Counted from the stretch's first letter, positions 37,771-48,128 are shown. The stretch is 64,000 nt of DNA from Nitrospinales bacterium (GCA_965223345.1 CBDCWG010000012.1:1568001-1632000); one strand, 5' to 3'. A program made the numbers and translations. Notes: generated by a model not told the origin, from the sequence alone.

Positions 37771-38826
37771 TCAAAACAAGCGCAGCTGTTTGTCCTCGGC
37801 GTTCACAAAATGTTTTGTGGACAGCTCTCTGCCCGGACGGTCGAGACCGGTCCTGCGCGCCGCGATATCGAACATCCTCGCGATCTGCTCCGCAAAGATT
37901 CCCTCTCCGGTCATGCGCGAACCGAAATTCGGGTCGTTGAGCTTGCCGCCGCGCACGGCACGAATCCGCTGCAGCACTTTCTGCTTTTTGTCGGGGTAGT
38001 GCACTTCCAGCCAATCGGAAAACAGATCCTTCACGCCGTAGGGCAGCTTGACCACGGTGTAGCCCGCGGTTTCGGCGCCGGCGTCGGCGGCTGCCTTGAG
38101 GATGGCGGGCAGCTCATGGTCGGTGAGCGCCGGGATCACCGGAGCGGCCATGACGCCCACCGGGATGCGGGCCTCGCTCAGTGCGCGGATCGCCGCCAGC
38201 CTCTGCTCGGGCAGGGAGGCGCGCGGCTCCATGTTGCGGGAAAGTTCGGCATTGAGGGTGGTGATGGAGACGAACACCGCCGCGCAATCGAAACGCACGA
38301 GCTGCTGCAACAGATCGATGTCGCGGGTCACCAGCTGGTTTTTGGTGATGATACCGACCGGGTTGCGGAAGCGCAGCAGCACTTTCAGGCATTCGCGGGT
38401 GAGCCGGTGCTTTTTTTCTCCCGGCTGGTAGACGTCGGTGATGCCGCTCAACGCGATCATCTGCGGCTGCCAGCGCGGCGAGCTCAACTCGCGGGTGAGC
38501 AGCGCCGGGGCGTTTTCCTTCACCAGGATGCGGGTTTCAAAGTCCAGGCCCGCCGACATCTCGAAATACTCGTGCGTGGGCCGGGCGTAGCAGTAGACGC
38601 AACCGTGTTCGCAGCCGCGGTAGGGGTTGACGCCCACATCGAAGCCGACGTCGGGGCTGTCGTTGTAGGACAGGATGCTGCGGCTGGAGTCGGTGAGAAA
38701 CACCGTCTCCGGCCGGGCTGCGGGCTCTTCGGGCACGCGTTCGCTGGGTTTGAAGCGGTTGGCCGGGTTGCCGGCGGTTCCCCGTGCCCTTACCGGCGTG
38801 GGGCGGTCTGCGCGAAAATCGTCCAT
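37771..38826 (-). CDS. PA0069-family radical SAM protein (SplB-like, DNA-repair-associated family)
   Basis: NPYRGCEHGCVYCYARPTHEY, GLDFET and C-terminal QLRLF. Confidence 0.92.
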   Translation of the reverse strand: MDDFRADRPTPVRARGTAGNPANRFKPSERVPEEPAARPETVFLTDSSRSILSYNDSPDVGFDVGVNPYRGCEHGCVYCYARPTHEYFEMSAGLDFETRILVKENAPALLTRELSSPRWQPQMIALSGITDVYQPGEKKHRLTRECLKVLLRFRNPVGIITKNQLVTRDIDLLQQLVRFDCAAVFVSITTLNAELSRNMEPRASLPEQRLAAIRALSEARIPVGVMAAPVIPALTDHELPAILKAAADAGAETAGYTVVKLPYGVKDLFSDWLEVHYPDKKQKVLQRIRAVRGGKLNDPNFGSRMTGEGIFAEQIARMFDIAARRTGLDRPGRELSTKHFVNAEDKQLRLF

Positions 38827-38929
38827 GACGGTCTCTCCATGATTTTCGCTATATTTTCGCTTTTCGTTCGGGGTTTGTAAAGCGAAACCGCGTTTTTTGC
38901 GGCCGGGGGGAGGGGAGGGCGGCCGGTTA

Positions 38930-39532
38930 TCAGAATCCCGCCACGCCGGTCACGGCGTCGGTGATGAGGCCCAGCGGGTCCTGCAGGAAACCCAGAGGGT
39001 TGGTGTCTTCCTGGTTCTCTTCGACTTTGGGCTCGCCGCTGTGGATCTTGTAGACCACCTTCTGTTCCTTCATGACGATCAATCCGACGAAGATCCAGCC
39101 GCGTTTTCGGGTCTTGCGGTGGAACCGCAGGACGTCGAGGAAGATGTTGCCGTGCCGTTCCTTGTCGATTTTTTTTGCGGAAACGACGTAGCCGTTGCAG
39201 AAATCCTTGGCGTTGAGGCAATCGGCCAGTTCCGGGTCGAGATCGTCCTTGGTCACCGACTGGTTGGGCATGAACTTTTCGAGCATTTCCAGGTAGGTGA
39301 GGACCTTGATGTTGGGCGTGTCGTAGGGGTTGTAGCCCATTTTGTGGAGTTCTTCTTCTGTGGTGCGGTGCAACTCGATGGCGTTGAAGGCGTTTTCGGC
39401 GTCCTCATAGGTTTCCCACTGGGATTTCATGTTTTCGTTGGTTTTGGGCAGAAACCAGCGCGAACAGCCGGAGACGGTGACCGCGAGAGCGCAGAGTGCG
39501 ACTAACAGTATGAAAAAAAATCTTTTTTTCAT
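38930..39532 (-). CDS. Uncharacterised lipoprotein
   Basis: Lipobox VSGC; paralog of the neighbouring gene. Confidence 0.8.
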   Translation of the reverse strand: MKKRFFFILLVALCALAVTVSGCSRWFLPKTNENMKSQWETYEDAENAFNAIELHRTTEEELHKMGYNPYDTPNIKVLTYLEMLEKFMPNQSVTKDDLDPELADCLNAKDFCNGYVVSAKKIDKERHGNIFLDVLRFHRKTRKRGWIFVGLIVMKEQKVVYKIHSGEPKVEENQEDTNPLGFLQDPLGLITDAVTGVAGF

Positions 39533-39634
39533 TTTCGGCACCCTCAGGGCAAGAAATTGGGCAAAAAATACCTATAGGTAGTATCGGCGAAATTCTTTCT
39601 TTGCTTAAGCGTTTTTTGCGATCGGAGCGGAAAA

Positions 39635-40249
39635 TCAGAACAAAAGGCCGGTGGTGGCGGTGGAAAGATCCGAAAGGATGGACTCGGGTTCCTGCAAAAA
39701 TCCCATCGGATTGACGCTCTGCTCGTTCTCTTCCAGATTGGGCCTGCCGCTCCAGATTTTATAGACCACGAGATCGTGCTTCAAAACCAGAAATCCCTTG
39801 AACTCCCATCCGGTTCGGCGCGTCTTGCGCTGGAAGCGCAGAACATCGAGGATCGCATTGCCGTGCCGCTGGGACTCGATGCGCCGCACGGACAGGCTGT
39901 AGGCCTTGCAGCTCTTTTTCACCTGGAGGCAGTCGAGCAGCTCCTCGTCGAGGTCTTCTTTTTTGAAGGCCTGGTTGGGGAGGATGGAGCCGATGATTTC
40001 CAGATGGGTGAGGATGCGGATGTTGGGTGTGTTGAAGGGGTCGTACCCCATTTTGTGCAGTTCCCCGGCGTCGGTCCGGTACGGGATGATGGCGTCGAAC
40101 GCGTTTTTGGCGTCCTCGAAGGTTTCCCAGGAGGATTTGAGGTTTTCTTTCGCCGTGGGCAGCAGGCTCGCACAGCCTGTGGCGAGCAACGCCATCCCGG
40201 TTGCGCACGCCAACTTGAATAGGAGACCCGGGGAAATGGAAAAATTCAA
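39635..40249 (-). CDS. Uncharacterised lipoprotein (tandem paralog)
   Basis: Lipobox ATGC; shares WET.EDA.NAF, ELHKMGY.P..TPNI and RHGN..LDVLRF with its neighbour. Confidence 0.8.
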   Translation of the reverse strand: MNFSISPGLLFKLACATGMALLATGCASLLPTAKENLKSSWETFEDAKNAFDAIIPYRTDAGELHKMGYDPFNTPNIRILTHLEIIGSILPNQAFKKEDLDEELLDCLQVKKSCKAYSLSVRRIESQRHGNAILDVLRFQRKTRRTGWEFKGFLVLKHDLVVYKIWSGRPNLEENEQSVNPMGFLQEPESILSDLSTATTGLLF

Positions 40250-40416
40250 TGCCCTGCCTCTAACAGCGTGATTGGATTGGAAGTGAGAAGACCGGATGAT
40301 AGCAGAGGTCAGCGGGTTTGCGTCGATAATTTAAACAAAAAATGGATGAATGAAATGAAAGTTTGTGGAGGGTGCGGGGAAACGCTTGAAAGCGATTGCG
40401 TTTCGTCACAGACCGT

Positions 40417-40929
40417 TCAGGCGTGGTTGCGTTTTGCGGGCAGCGGTTTGACCAGCGGCCACTCGCGGATCAGCACCGGCGGTTGCGCCGGGTCGAGGTA
40501 TCCGTTGGCGATGAGCAGGCCCTTGGCGTCGTCGAAGCGCACGACCACCTGTTTTTTCAGGTCGGGATTGGGAGCCAGCGGCACCAGCGCCACGTCTTTG
40601 GGGATGATGGGAGCGCGGATCGAGCGCGCCTGTTCCAGCTCCATGGGGTCGGCGGTGTCCTCATGCGGCGGCCACTCGGCGGAGCCGAATGCGGAGAACA
40701 TCCAGTTCACGAACTCGGACGGTTTGCCTTCAGGGTACACAACCCAGAACGAAGAACGCTTGAGCTGGTTTTTCGCCGACAGATAGCGGATCACATGCGC
40801 CGCTTTCTTCAGCTCCGGCGGTTCCGCCGCGTTCTGACAGGCCGCGCAAAAAAAGGCCATCAGACAAGCGGTCGCCAGGCGCAGACCGCGCTTCAAACTG
40901 ACAGGATCGTTGTTCAAACCGGTTTCCAC
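40417..40929 (-). CDS. Hypothetical probable lipoprotein
   Basis: CAAC lipobox-like motif; the GTG start abuts the upstream small ORF's stop. Confidence 0.7.
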   Translation of the reverse strand: METGLNNDPVSLKRGLRLATACLMAFFCAACQNAAEPPELKKAAHVIRYLSAKNQLKRSSFWVVYPEGKPSEFVNWMFSAFGSAEWPPHEDTADPMELEQARSIRAPIIPKDVALVPLAPNPDLKKQVVVRFDDAKGLLIANGYLDPAQPPVLIREWPLVKPLPAKRNHA

Positions 40930-41031
40930 CTAAGGGTTGAGGGCGTTGAGGAACAGGGCCTGGACACCCATGGCGATGGCCACCAGGATGGCGATCGCCA
41001 GCAGGGCATTTTTGCCTCTTCGATTGTCCAT
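40930..41031 (-). CDS. 33-aa single-TM small protein (MDNRRGKNALLAIAILVAIAMGVQALFLNALNP)
   Basis: AAGGA RBS; basic N-terminus then a TM helix; stop adjacent to the next start. Confidence 0.6.
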   Translation of the reverse strand: MDNRRGKNALLAIAILVAIAMGVQALFLNALNP

Positions 41032-41069
41032 CGGCGTTTCCTTTCCGTTGGGTTGACTCACTTCAAAGA

Positions 41070-41085
41070 AGCAACCGCCGTTCCA
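41070..41085 (-). promoter_or_regulatory. Putative sigma54 promoter
   Basis: Minus strand TGGAACGGCGGTTGCT (GG-N10-GC, TTGC), about 40 nt upstream of the small ORF. Confidence 0.55.
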
Positions 41086-41493
41086 AATCATCAACCGGCG
41101 GATTTTCAACGCTTTTATTTTTTCTGGCGGCAGCGGACGCCGCCGGTTGTCTGTTTTTGTGATCACCCTCCGGGTTGCGCTCGGGCGGGTTTTGCGGGGC
41201 GGGAAAGGCGCCCGGAAGCGCCGGGCGAGTTGCGGAGGAATTCCGGCAGAAATTTCCCCGTAATTTACTAATTTTTTAGTGCATTTTGCCGTTTCATCCA
41301 TTAATTTAGGATTGAGGAGAAAAGTGACCTTTTTGTGGAGAAATCGAGCTTTCCGGATCACGGCCCTTCCCGTATTCTCACGCCGTGCTAACCCGAATCG
41401 CACGCCGAGCCCTTATTTTTTCTGGGCGCGGCCTGCGTCCCGCTGACGGAAATCCGTTTTCTCTCCCATTCTTTGCAATCGTGGTGATTTGAA

Positions 41494-43968
41494 ATGAACA
41501 AACCGGAAATGCCTCACGTGGACGATCCCACCAACGGCAAAAGCATCGAAGCCCTGAAAAAATCCTTCAACACCCACCTCAAGTACACGCTGGCGAAAAA
41601 CAAGCCGCGCGCCACCAAACTGGACCTCTTTAAAAGCCTGGCCTTCGTGGTGCGCGATCATCTGGTGGAAAAGTGGATCGACACCAAGAACCGGCAGTAC
41701 AGCAGCGACGCCAAGCGGGTGAACTACCTGTCGATGGAATACCTGGTCGGACGCGTGCTGCGGCAGAACATGGTCAACCTCGGCCTGATGGCGGAGTTGC
41801 GGCAGGCGGTTTCCGATCTGGGCTACGATTTTGAGGAACTGGAAGCGATGGAAGTGGAAGCGGGGCTGGGAAACGGCGGCCTGGGACGGCTGGCGTCCTG
41901 TTTTCTCGAATCGATGGCTACGCTGGGGATTCCGGCAAACGGCTACGGCATGCGCTACGAGTTCGGCATCTTCCATCAGCGCTTCGCCAACGGCTATCAG
42001 GTGGAGGAGGCGGACAACTGGCTCCGGCTCGGCAACCCCTGGGAGATCCCGCGGCCCGAGCACGTGTATCCGATCAAATTTTACGGCCGGGTGCAGCACG
42101 TCACCCGGGCGGACGGGACCGAGACCTACGAGTGGGTGGACACGCACGACAACGTCATGGCGATGGCGCACGACATTCTCATCCCCGGCTACGACAACGA
42201 CACGGTGAACAGCCTGAGGCTGTGGGGCGCGCGTTCGATGCGCGACTTCGATTTCCAGCAGTTCAACGAAGGGGATTACATCCAGGCGGTGCGGGAGAAA
42301 CAGGAAACCGAAACGATCTCCAAAGTGCTTTATCCCAACGACAAGTCGATCCAGGGACGCGAGCTGCGCCTCAAGCAGGAGTATTTTTTCGTTTCCGCTT
42401 CCCTGCAGGACATTCTCGCGCGTTACAAAAGAAGGCACGCGGTTTTCGACAAGTTCAGCGACAAGGTCGCGGTGCAGCTCAACGACACGCATCCCTCGCT
42501 CGCCATCCCCGAACTGATGCGGATCTTCGTGGACGAGGAACGCATGTCCTGGGACACGGCCTGGGAGATCACCTGCAAGACGATGGGCTACACCAACCAC
42601 ACGGTGCTGCCTGAGGCGCTGGAAAAATGGTCGGTCGATCTTTTGGGTCACGTGCTGCCGCGGCATTTGCAGATCATTTACGAGATCAACCACCGTTTCC
42701 TGAATCAGGTGGCAGAAATCTTCCCGGATGACCCGGAACGGCTGACGCGCATGTCGATCATCGAAGAGGGAGCGACAAAATTCGTGCGCATGCCGCAGCT
42801 TTCGATCGTCGGCAGCCATGCGGTCAACGGCGTGGCGGCGCTGCACACGGAAATCCTGAAACAATCGTTGTTCAAGGATTTCGAGGAGATGTATCCGGGC
42901 CGCATCCACAACATGACCAACGGCATCACGCCGCGCGTCTGGCTCAAGGAATGCAATCCCGATCTGTCCCAGCTCATCAGCGAGACCATCGGCGAGGGCT
43001 GGGTCAAGGATCTGTCGCAGCTCAAGAAACTGCTGCCGCATGCCAAGGACCTGGCGTTCTGCGAGCGCTGGGATCAGGTCAAGGAAAGCAACAAGCAGAA
43101 ACTCGCCGCGTTCATCGAACAGACACAGGGCATCCGCGTGAATCCCGACTCGATGTTCGATGTGCACATCAAGCGCATCCACGAATACAAGCGGCAGCTT
43201 CTGAACATCCTGCACGTCGTCACGCTGTACACGCGCATCAAGAAAAATCCCGCCGGCGACCACCTGCCGCGCACGGTGATCTTCTCGGGCAAGGCGGCGC
43301 CCGGTTACGCGATGGCCAAGTGCATCATCAAGCTGATCAACAGCGTCGCGCAGACCGTCAACGCCGACGAGGAGGTGGGCGACCGGCTCAAGGTGGTGTT
43401 CCTTCCCAATTACTCGGTGTCGCTGGCGGAGAAGATCATTCCCGCGGCGAACCTGTCGCAGCAGACCTCCACCGCCGGCATGGAAGCCTCCGGCACCGGC
43501 AATATGAAGCTGGCGCTCAACGGCGCGTTGACGCTGGGAACGCTGGACGGGGCCAACATCGAGATCCTTGAGGAAGTGGGCGAGGACAACATCTTCATCT
43601 TCGGGCTCAAGGCCGACGAGGTGAACGCCAAGCAGGCGAACGGCTACCGGCCCCGGGATCTCTATCTCAAATACCCGGAGCTCAAGCAGGCCATCGACAT
43701 GATCCAGGAAGGGTTCTTCACACCGGAGGAACCGAATGTGTTCCGTCCCATCGTCGAATCGCTGTTGGATCACGGCGACCATTTCATGGTGCTGGCGGAT
43801 TTTCTTTCCTACAGCCGCACGCACCAGAGGATCGAAGAGGAGTACCGCGATCCCTCGCTGTGGACGGAAAAATCCATCATCAACGCCGCCAATATGGGGA
43901 AATTCTCCAGCGACCGCACCATCGGCGACTACGCGCGCACGATCTGGAAGGTGCCGTTTACCGGCTAG
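41494..43968 (+). CDS. glgP: Glycogen/alpha-glucan phosphorylase
   Basis: GLGNGGLGRLASCF, QLNDTHP, KRIHEYKRQ and EASGTGNMK. Confidence 0.97.
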   Translation: MNKPEMPHVDDPTNGKSIEALKKSFNTHLKYTLAKNKPRATKLDLFKSLAFVVRDHLVEKWIDTKNRQYSSDAKRVNYLSMEYLVGRVLRQNMVNLGLMAELRQAVSDLGYDFEELEAMEVEAGLGNGGLGRLASCFLESMATLGIPANGYGMRYEFGIFHQRFANGYQVEEADNWLRLGNPWEIPRPEHVYPIKFYGRVQHVTRADGTETYEWVDTHDNVMAMAHDILIPGYDNDTVNSLRLWGARSMRDFDFQQFNEGDYIQAVREKQETETISKVLYPNDKSIQGRELRLKQEYFFVSASLQDILARYKRRHAVFDKFSDKVAVQLNDTHPSLAIPELMRIFVDEERMSWDTAWEITCKTMGYTNHTVLPEALEKWSVDLLGHVLPRHLQIIYEINHRFLNQVAEIFPDDPERLTRMSIIEEGATKFVRMPQLSIVGSHAVNGVAALHTEILKQSLFKDFEEMYPGRIHNMTNGITPRVWLKECNPDLSQLISETIGEGWVKDLSQLKKLLPHAKDLAFCERWDQVKESNKQKLAAFIEQTQGIRVNPDSMFDVHIKRIHEYKRQLLNILHVVTLYTRIKKNPAGDHLPRTVIFSGKAAPGYAMAKCIIKLINSVAQTVNADEEVGDRLKVVFLPNYSVSLAEKIIPAANLSQQTSTAGMEASGTGNMKLALNGALTLGTLDGANIEILEEVGEDNIFIFGLKADEVNAKQANGYRPRDLYLKYPELKQAIDMIQEGFFTPEEPNVFRPIVESLLDHGDHFMVLADFLSYSRTHQRIEEEYRDPSLWTEKSIINAANMGKFSSDRTIGDYARTIWKVPFTG

Positions 43969-43985
43969 GACCGATCGTTTTTCCC

Positions 43986-44018
43986 AAACCGGCCGCACTG
44001 AGAGCGGCCGGTTTTTTT
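43986..44018 (+). terminator. Rho-independent terminator of glgP
   Basis: AAACCGGCCGC/GCGGCCGGTTT stem with T7. Confidence 0.85.
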
Positions 44019-44094
44019 GTGCGCCGCGCTTTGACAAAACGGGCGTGAAACTCTAAAGTGAACACCCGCAACCCCATTTTCTGGAGCTGGTATT

Positions 44095-44278
44095 ATGGTC
44101 GAGTGTCCCTGCGGCTGGGTGTTTTCGGATGGCGTGATCCGCATTTTATGTTTTAAAAAAGTGTTTCGAGGTGGCGATGGTTGAGTGTCCCTGCGGCTGG
44201 GTGTTTTCGGATGGCGTGATCCGCATTTTATGTTTTAAAAAAGTGTTTCGAGGTGGTGATGGTTGAATGTCCCTGCGG
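44095..44278 (+). repeat. 82-bp tandem repeat (two full copies plus a partial third that is the ychJ start)
   Basis: Units begin at ATG 44095, 44177 and 44259; the first two differ at about 2 positions. Confidence 0.92.
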
Positions 44279-44774
44279 GTCTGTCTTTCCCTACACCGAC
44301 TGCTGCGCGCCCCTGATCCGCGGCGTGAGTTTCGCCGACACGGCGGAGGATCTGATGCGTTCGCGCTACACGGCGTTCACGCAGCAGAACTGGCTGTATC
44401 TGCGCGACACCTGCCACCCGGACGACCGGCCGGAGCTCAAGGAGCTGGAATCCGGCGGCGGCGTGCGCTGGCGGCGTCTGGAGATTTTGGAAAGCCGCGG
44501 CGGCGGCCGCAACGACAGCGAGGGGACGGTGCGGTTTCAGGCGTTTTTCGAGAAGGACGGCGCGGAGAAGGTTCTCAGAGAGAACTCAAAATTCCTGAAA
44601 GAGGGCGGCCGGTGGTATTATTCCAGGAAACACTCCTCGGTGGAGCCCGAGCGCAAAGAGGCGCCGGCCGCCGCAAGCGGAAAACCCTTCGTGCGCGAAC
44701 AGGCGAAGGTGGGGCGCAACGATCCCTGTCCCTGCGGCAGCGGTAAAAAATTCAAGAAATGCTGCGGAAAATAA
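44259..44774 (+). CDS. ychJ: YchJ (UPF0225) protein with N- and C-terminal SEC-C Zn motifs
   Basis: CPCGS...[14 protein letters not shown] and E.S.F...GRWYY; C-terminal [18 protein letters not shown]. Confidence 0.9.
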   Translation: MVECPCGSVFPYTDCCAPLIRGVSFADTAEDLMRSRYTAFTQQNWLYLRDTCHPDDRPELKELESGGGVRWRRLEILESRGGGRNDSEGTVRFQAFFEKDGAEKVLRENSKFLKEGGRWYYSRKHSSVEPERKEAPAAASGKPFVREQAKVGRNDPCPCGSGKKFKKCCGK

Positions 44775-44808
44775 AATGAACCGCAGCGCATTTTTGTGAA
44801 GCGAGACG

Positions 44809-44988
44809 ATGAACAGCGAGGAATCGAAACAGCCGCAATCCGGTGACGAATCCGAAGAGGCGGACAAAGCCAAAGAAACCCCGCCGAAAGACAAAAGCAC
44901 GAAGCTCGCCCCGCGTTCCGGTCAACGCCCGGCGCTGCCGTTCAAGCGCAAGCCGCCGGCCGTGAAAAAGCCGGACGACTCAGGATGA
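44809..44988 (+). CDS. Putative 59-aa low-complexity charged protein
   Basis: MNSEESKQPQ...KKPDDSG with native-looking codons; weak RBS; overlaps the convergent stop. Confidence 0.35.
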   Translation: MNSEESKQPQSGDESEEADKAKETPPKDKSTKLAPRSGQRPALPFKRKPPAVKKPDDSG

Positions 44989-45615
44989 TTTCAGCAGGGC
45001 GACGATGGCCGCTTCGGTTTCCTTGTACCGGCCTTCTCCGAAATGGGTGAAGCGGACCACCCCGTTCTTGTCGATCAGGTATTTCGCCGGCCAGTAGCGG
45101 TTGCGGTAGGCGCGCCACAGTTTGAAACCGTTGTCCAGCGCGATCGGGTACTGCAGTTTGTAATCCTTCACCGCTTTGACGACGTTTTTCGGGATGCGTT
45201 CGAATTTGAATTCCGGAGCGTGCACGCCGATCACCACCAGCCCCTTGTCGGCGTATTTTTTGTGCCACTTCTTCACGTAGGGCAGCGTGTTGATGCAGTT
45301 GATGCAGGAATACGTCCAGAAATCGATCAGGACGACTTTGCCGCGCAGCGATTCCATCGACTCGATGGGTTTCGAATTCAACCAGTTGGTGAGTCCGCGG
45401 AATTCGGGCGCCGGGTACAGGGTCGGCAGTTTCGCCTCCCCCGCGACACTGAGGTTCGCAGGCGCTGCCACCAGCAGCCCCAAAGACACCACCGCCGCCA
45501 GCAGACAGCTGAAAACGATCCGGCTTTTCCCCCGCCGCTGTGCACGCAGGCGGGACGGGTTCACGATCGCTTTGAAAGCGGATTCGGCTTGCGTTCGATT
45601 CGATGCGGGGTTCAT
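44980..45615 (-). CDS. Exported TlpA/DipZ-like thiol-disulfide oxidoreductase (redoxin)
   Basis: LRGKVVLIDFWTYSCINC, GVHAPEF and YWPAKYLID; N-terminal hydrophobic segment. Confidence 0.9.
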   Translation of the reverse strand: MNPASNRTQAESAFKAIVNPSRLRAQRRGKSRIVFSCLLAAVVSLGLLVAAPANLSVAGEAKLPTLYPAPEFRGLTNWLNSKPIESMESLRGKVVLIDFWTYSCINCINTLPYVKKWHKKYADKGLVVIGVHAPEFKFERIPKNVVKAVKDYKLQYPIALDNGFKLWRAYRNRYWPAKYLIDKNGVVRFTHFGEGRYKETEAAIVALLKSS

Positions 45616-45854
45616 GCGCTCCTCCTGAATTGAGAGTGACGGCTTAGGGTGAATGGGCTTTTGTGCTGAGTGTCGTGTCCGGTGGATTCCTTACAGGCTT
45701 TCGGGAACGCCTCCGCGGGTTGCCGAAACAGCAGCGGATTGGGTCAAGACACCCATAATTTTATGTGAGTTTATTGTAATTATCCGATTGTAGCGCATCG
45801 ATCGGATGAGAAAAAGTTTTTGCTGACAAAAAGTTTTGCGCGCTCGTCAAACGC

Positions 45855-46793
45855 ATGAAAACGGAAATAAAATCGGCCTATCTCGCGAGTGAAGGTTTTG
45901 AGCAACCGCTGCTTGCGGAACTTCATGGCGCGCTCTCGGTGCAGGATCGGCTGATTCTGTCGGACCGCGAAGCGCAGCCGGCCCGCTGGGCGCAGAATGT
46001 GTGGCGCAATCCCAAAGTGATCGGCATCACATCCATTTCCGATGCGGCGAAAAAACTGACGGCGATGCAGAGAAACTGGTGTCTGTATTCCTGCCGGCTG
46101 CACCGGCGCGCCCGCCTGATCGAGGAAAAACTGCCGCATGTTTCGGGAAAGGCGCTGGCGTTTCCCGCACCGCTTCCCGCCTCGCCCCTGGGCTCCTGGA
46201 CGCTGCTCGATGCGGACACGCTGCTTGCGGCTTCCGACTGCTCAAGCCTGTTTCCGAACGGGGAGCTGCGTTTCGAGGAGGACAAGGCCGGGCCGCCCAA
46301 TCGGGCTTATCTCAAACTCTGGGAAGCGTGGACGCTGCTTGAGCGCCGGCCTCAACCGGGTGCGTTCTGCATCGATGCGGGCGCGAGCCCCGGCGGGTGG
46401 ACCTGGGCCGCGGCGAAGCTGGGGGCGCGGGTGTTGAGTGTGGACCGTGCGCCGCTGGATGCCTCTCTAAGCGGCCTGGACAACGTGGAGTTTCGCAAGG
46501 GGGACGCGTTTTCCCTGCATCCTGCCGAATTTTCCTCCGCCAACCAAAAGGTGGACTGGCTGCTCAGCGATGTGGTCTGCTATCCGGAAAAACTGTGGCA
46601 ATGGCTTTCTGTGTGGATCGAGTCGGGTGTGTGCCGCAACATCGTGTGCACGGTCAAATTCCAGGGCGGCGCGCAATACGATGCGGTGGAATCGTTCGCG
46701 CAGGTGCCGCGAAGCCGCATCGCGCACCTGTTCCACAACAAGCACGAGCTGACCTTCATGCTTGCGGAGGAATCCGTCACCCGTCCAGGGTGA
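45855..46793 (+). CDS. RlmM/FtsJ-like SAM-dependent RNA methyltransferase
   Basis: PPNRAYLKLWEA, IDAGASPGGWT and DWLLSDV. Confidence 0.8.
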   Translation: MKTEIKSAYLASEGFEQPLLAELHGALSVQDRLILSDREAQPARWAQNVWRNPKVIGITSISDAAKKLTAMQRNWCLYSCRLHRRARLIEEKLPHVSGKALAFPAPLPASPLGSWTLLDADTLLAASDCSSLFPNGELRFEEDKAGPPNRAYLKLWEAWTLLERRPQPGAFCIDAGASPGGWTWAAAKLGARVLSVDRAPLDASLSGLDNVEFRKGDAFSLHPAEFSSANQKVDWLLSDVVCYPEKLWQWLSVWIESGVCRNIVCTVKFQGGAQYDAVESFAQVPRSRIAHLFHNKHELTFMLAEESVTRPG

Positions 46794-48051
46794 GGTCGGT
46801 CTTGGGGATGGAGATACAGGTCAGGCAGGAACGCGCTTCGGGTTTGCTGCCCGGTTCCACCACGTAACTCACCAGGCCGCGCTTGATCGCGGTGAGGCAG
46901 GTGCCGCAATTGCCCGCGCGGCAGCCGGATTCGAGCAGGATGCCGTTTTCCTCGGCGAAGGCGAGGATGGAGCCCGCCGCCGGGTTCCATTGCAGGGTTT
47001 TCTGCGAGCGCGCGAACGTGACCTTGATCGAGGACTCGGTTCCCGTCTCACCGGCAGTGAGTTTTTTGATGGTGGCGGAATTGAACGCTTCGTAGTGGAT
47101 GTTTTTCTCCTCAACGCCCCACTGCGCCAGGTCCTGCCGCAAAGATTCGATCATTTTCGGCGGCGCGCAGATGTAAAAATCGAAATTGTTCGAAGGCAGC
47201 ACCTTCTTGAGCAGAGCGCCGGAAATGTGCCCTTCGTGCTGGTAATCCTTTCCCAGCACATCGCTTTCCCCCGGCTGGCTGTAACAGACGTTCAGGTACA
47301 CGTTGGAGTGCGAGCGGGCGACGTTTTCCAAATGTTCCTTCATCATGTGCTCGGACCGGTTGCGCACTCCCAGAAAAAACCACGTTTCCCGTTTCGGCGC
47401 CGCGCCGCGGGAATCCCGTTCCGTGATGGTGTTGAGCATGCTGAGCACCGGCGTCAGCCCGACGCCGCCGCCGATCAGCACCACCGGGTTGGGGTTGGAC
47501 GGATCGAGGTAGAAATGCCCGCTGGGCGCTTTCACATCGACGATGTCGCGTTCGTTGAGCATGTCGTGGAAAAAATTGGAGCCGATCCCCGGAGGCACGT
47601 GGTTGCCTTCCGGCGGCAGCAGGCGCTTGATGGTGACGCGGTAGTAGTCCGGGTGATTGGGGCTGTCCGACAGGGAATAGCAGCGGATCACGGGCTTGGG
47701 GTTGCCGGGAATGTTGAGCTTGAACGTCAGGTACTGGCCGGGCAGAAACGGCGGCAGCGGTTTGCCGTCGTGCGGGGACAGGTAGAACGAGGAGACGAGA
47801 TCGGTTTCCTTGACTTTGAGCACGATCTGGAATTTGCGAAACCCGTTCCAGACGACGTCCTCGTTGTGCGAATCCATGCGGATCTTATCCACGATCTGGT
47901 CCACACGGGCGCGCAACAGATCCGCTTCCAGTTCGCTTCCCCGGCGGGAAATGTTGAAGAAACGAAAATTGTTGCTGATCAGCTGGATGAGGTAGGCCAT
48001 GAGGGCCAGAAGAAACGCGATAGCCGCAAGACTGATTGCAGCGTTGAGCAA
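46777..48051 (-). CDS. Membrane-anchored FAD/NAD(P)H oxidoreductase with C-terminal [2Fe-2S] ferredoxin (FNR/PaaK/Hcr-like)
   Basis: N-terminal TM; RCYSLS, GGGVGLTP, YICAP and EAF; CRAGNCGTC...C; GGAGG RBS before TTG. Confidence 0.9.
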   Translation of the reverse strand: MLNAAISLAAIAFLLALMAYLIQLISNNFRFFNISRRGSELEADLLRARVDQIVDKIRMDSHNEDVVWNGFRKFQIVLKVKETDLVSSFYLSPHDGKPLPPFLPGQYLTFKLNIPGNPKPVIRCYSLSDSPNHPDYYRVTIKRLLPPEGNHVPPGIGSNFFHDMLNERDIVDVKAPSGHFYLDPSNPNPVVLIGGGVGLTPVLSMLNTITERDSRGAAPKRETWFFLGVRNRSEHMMKEHLENVARSHSNVYLNVCYSQPGESDVLGKDYQHEGHISGALLKKVLPSNNFDFYICAPPKMIESLRQDLAQWGVEEKNIHYEAFNSATIKKLTAGETGTESSIKVTFARSQKTLQWNPAAGSILAFAEENGILLESGCRAGNCGTCLTAIKRGLVSYVVEPGSKPEARSCLTCISIPKTDLTLDG

Positions 48052-48128
48052 GGAGCCTCCTTTGCAAGATTCACGCGATGTTTCGCTTTATTATAAACAA
48101 GGGGATGCGGGTTTCAGAAAAAAGTTTT

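Noticed and set aside
41413..44037. 874-aa minus-strand ORF, and similar long antisense ORFs over the kinase, ArnT, glnS and TPR genes
   Set aside because: In-register shadows of high-GC3 genes; no recognisable domains.
44095..44278. Possible CRISPR array
   Set aside because: Units are 82-bp head-to-tail copies without unique spacers, and there are no cas genes in the window.
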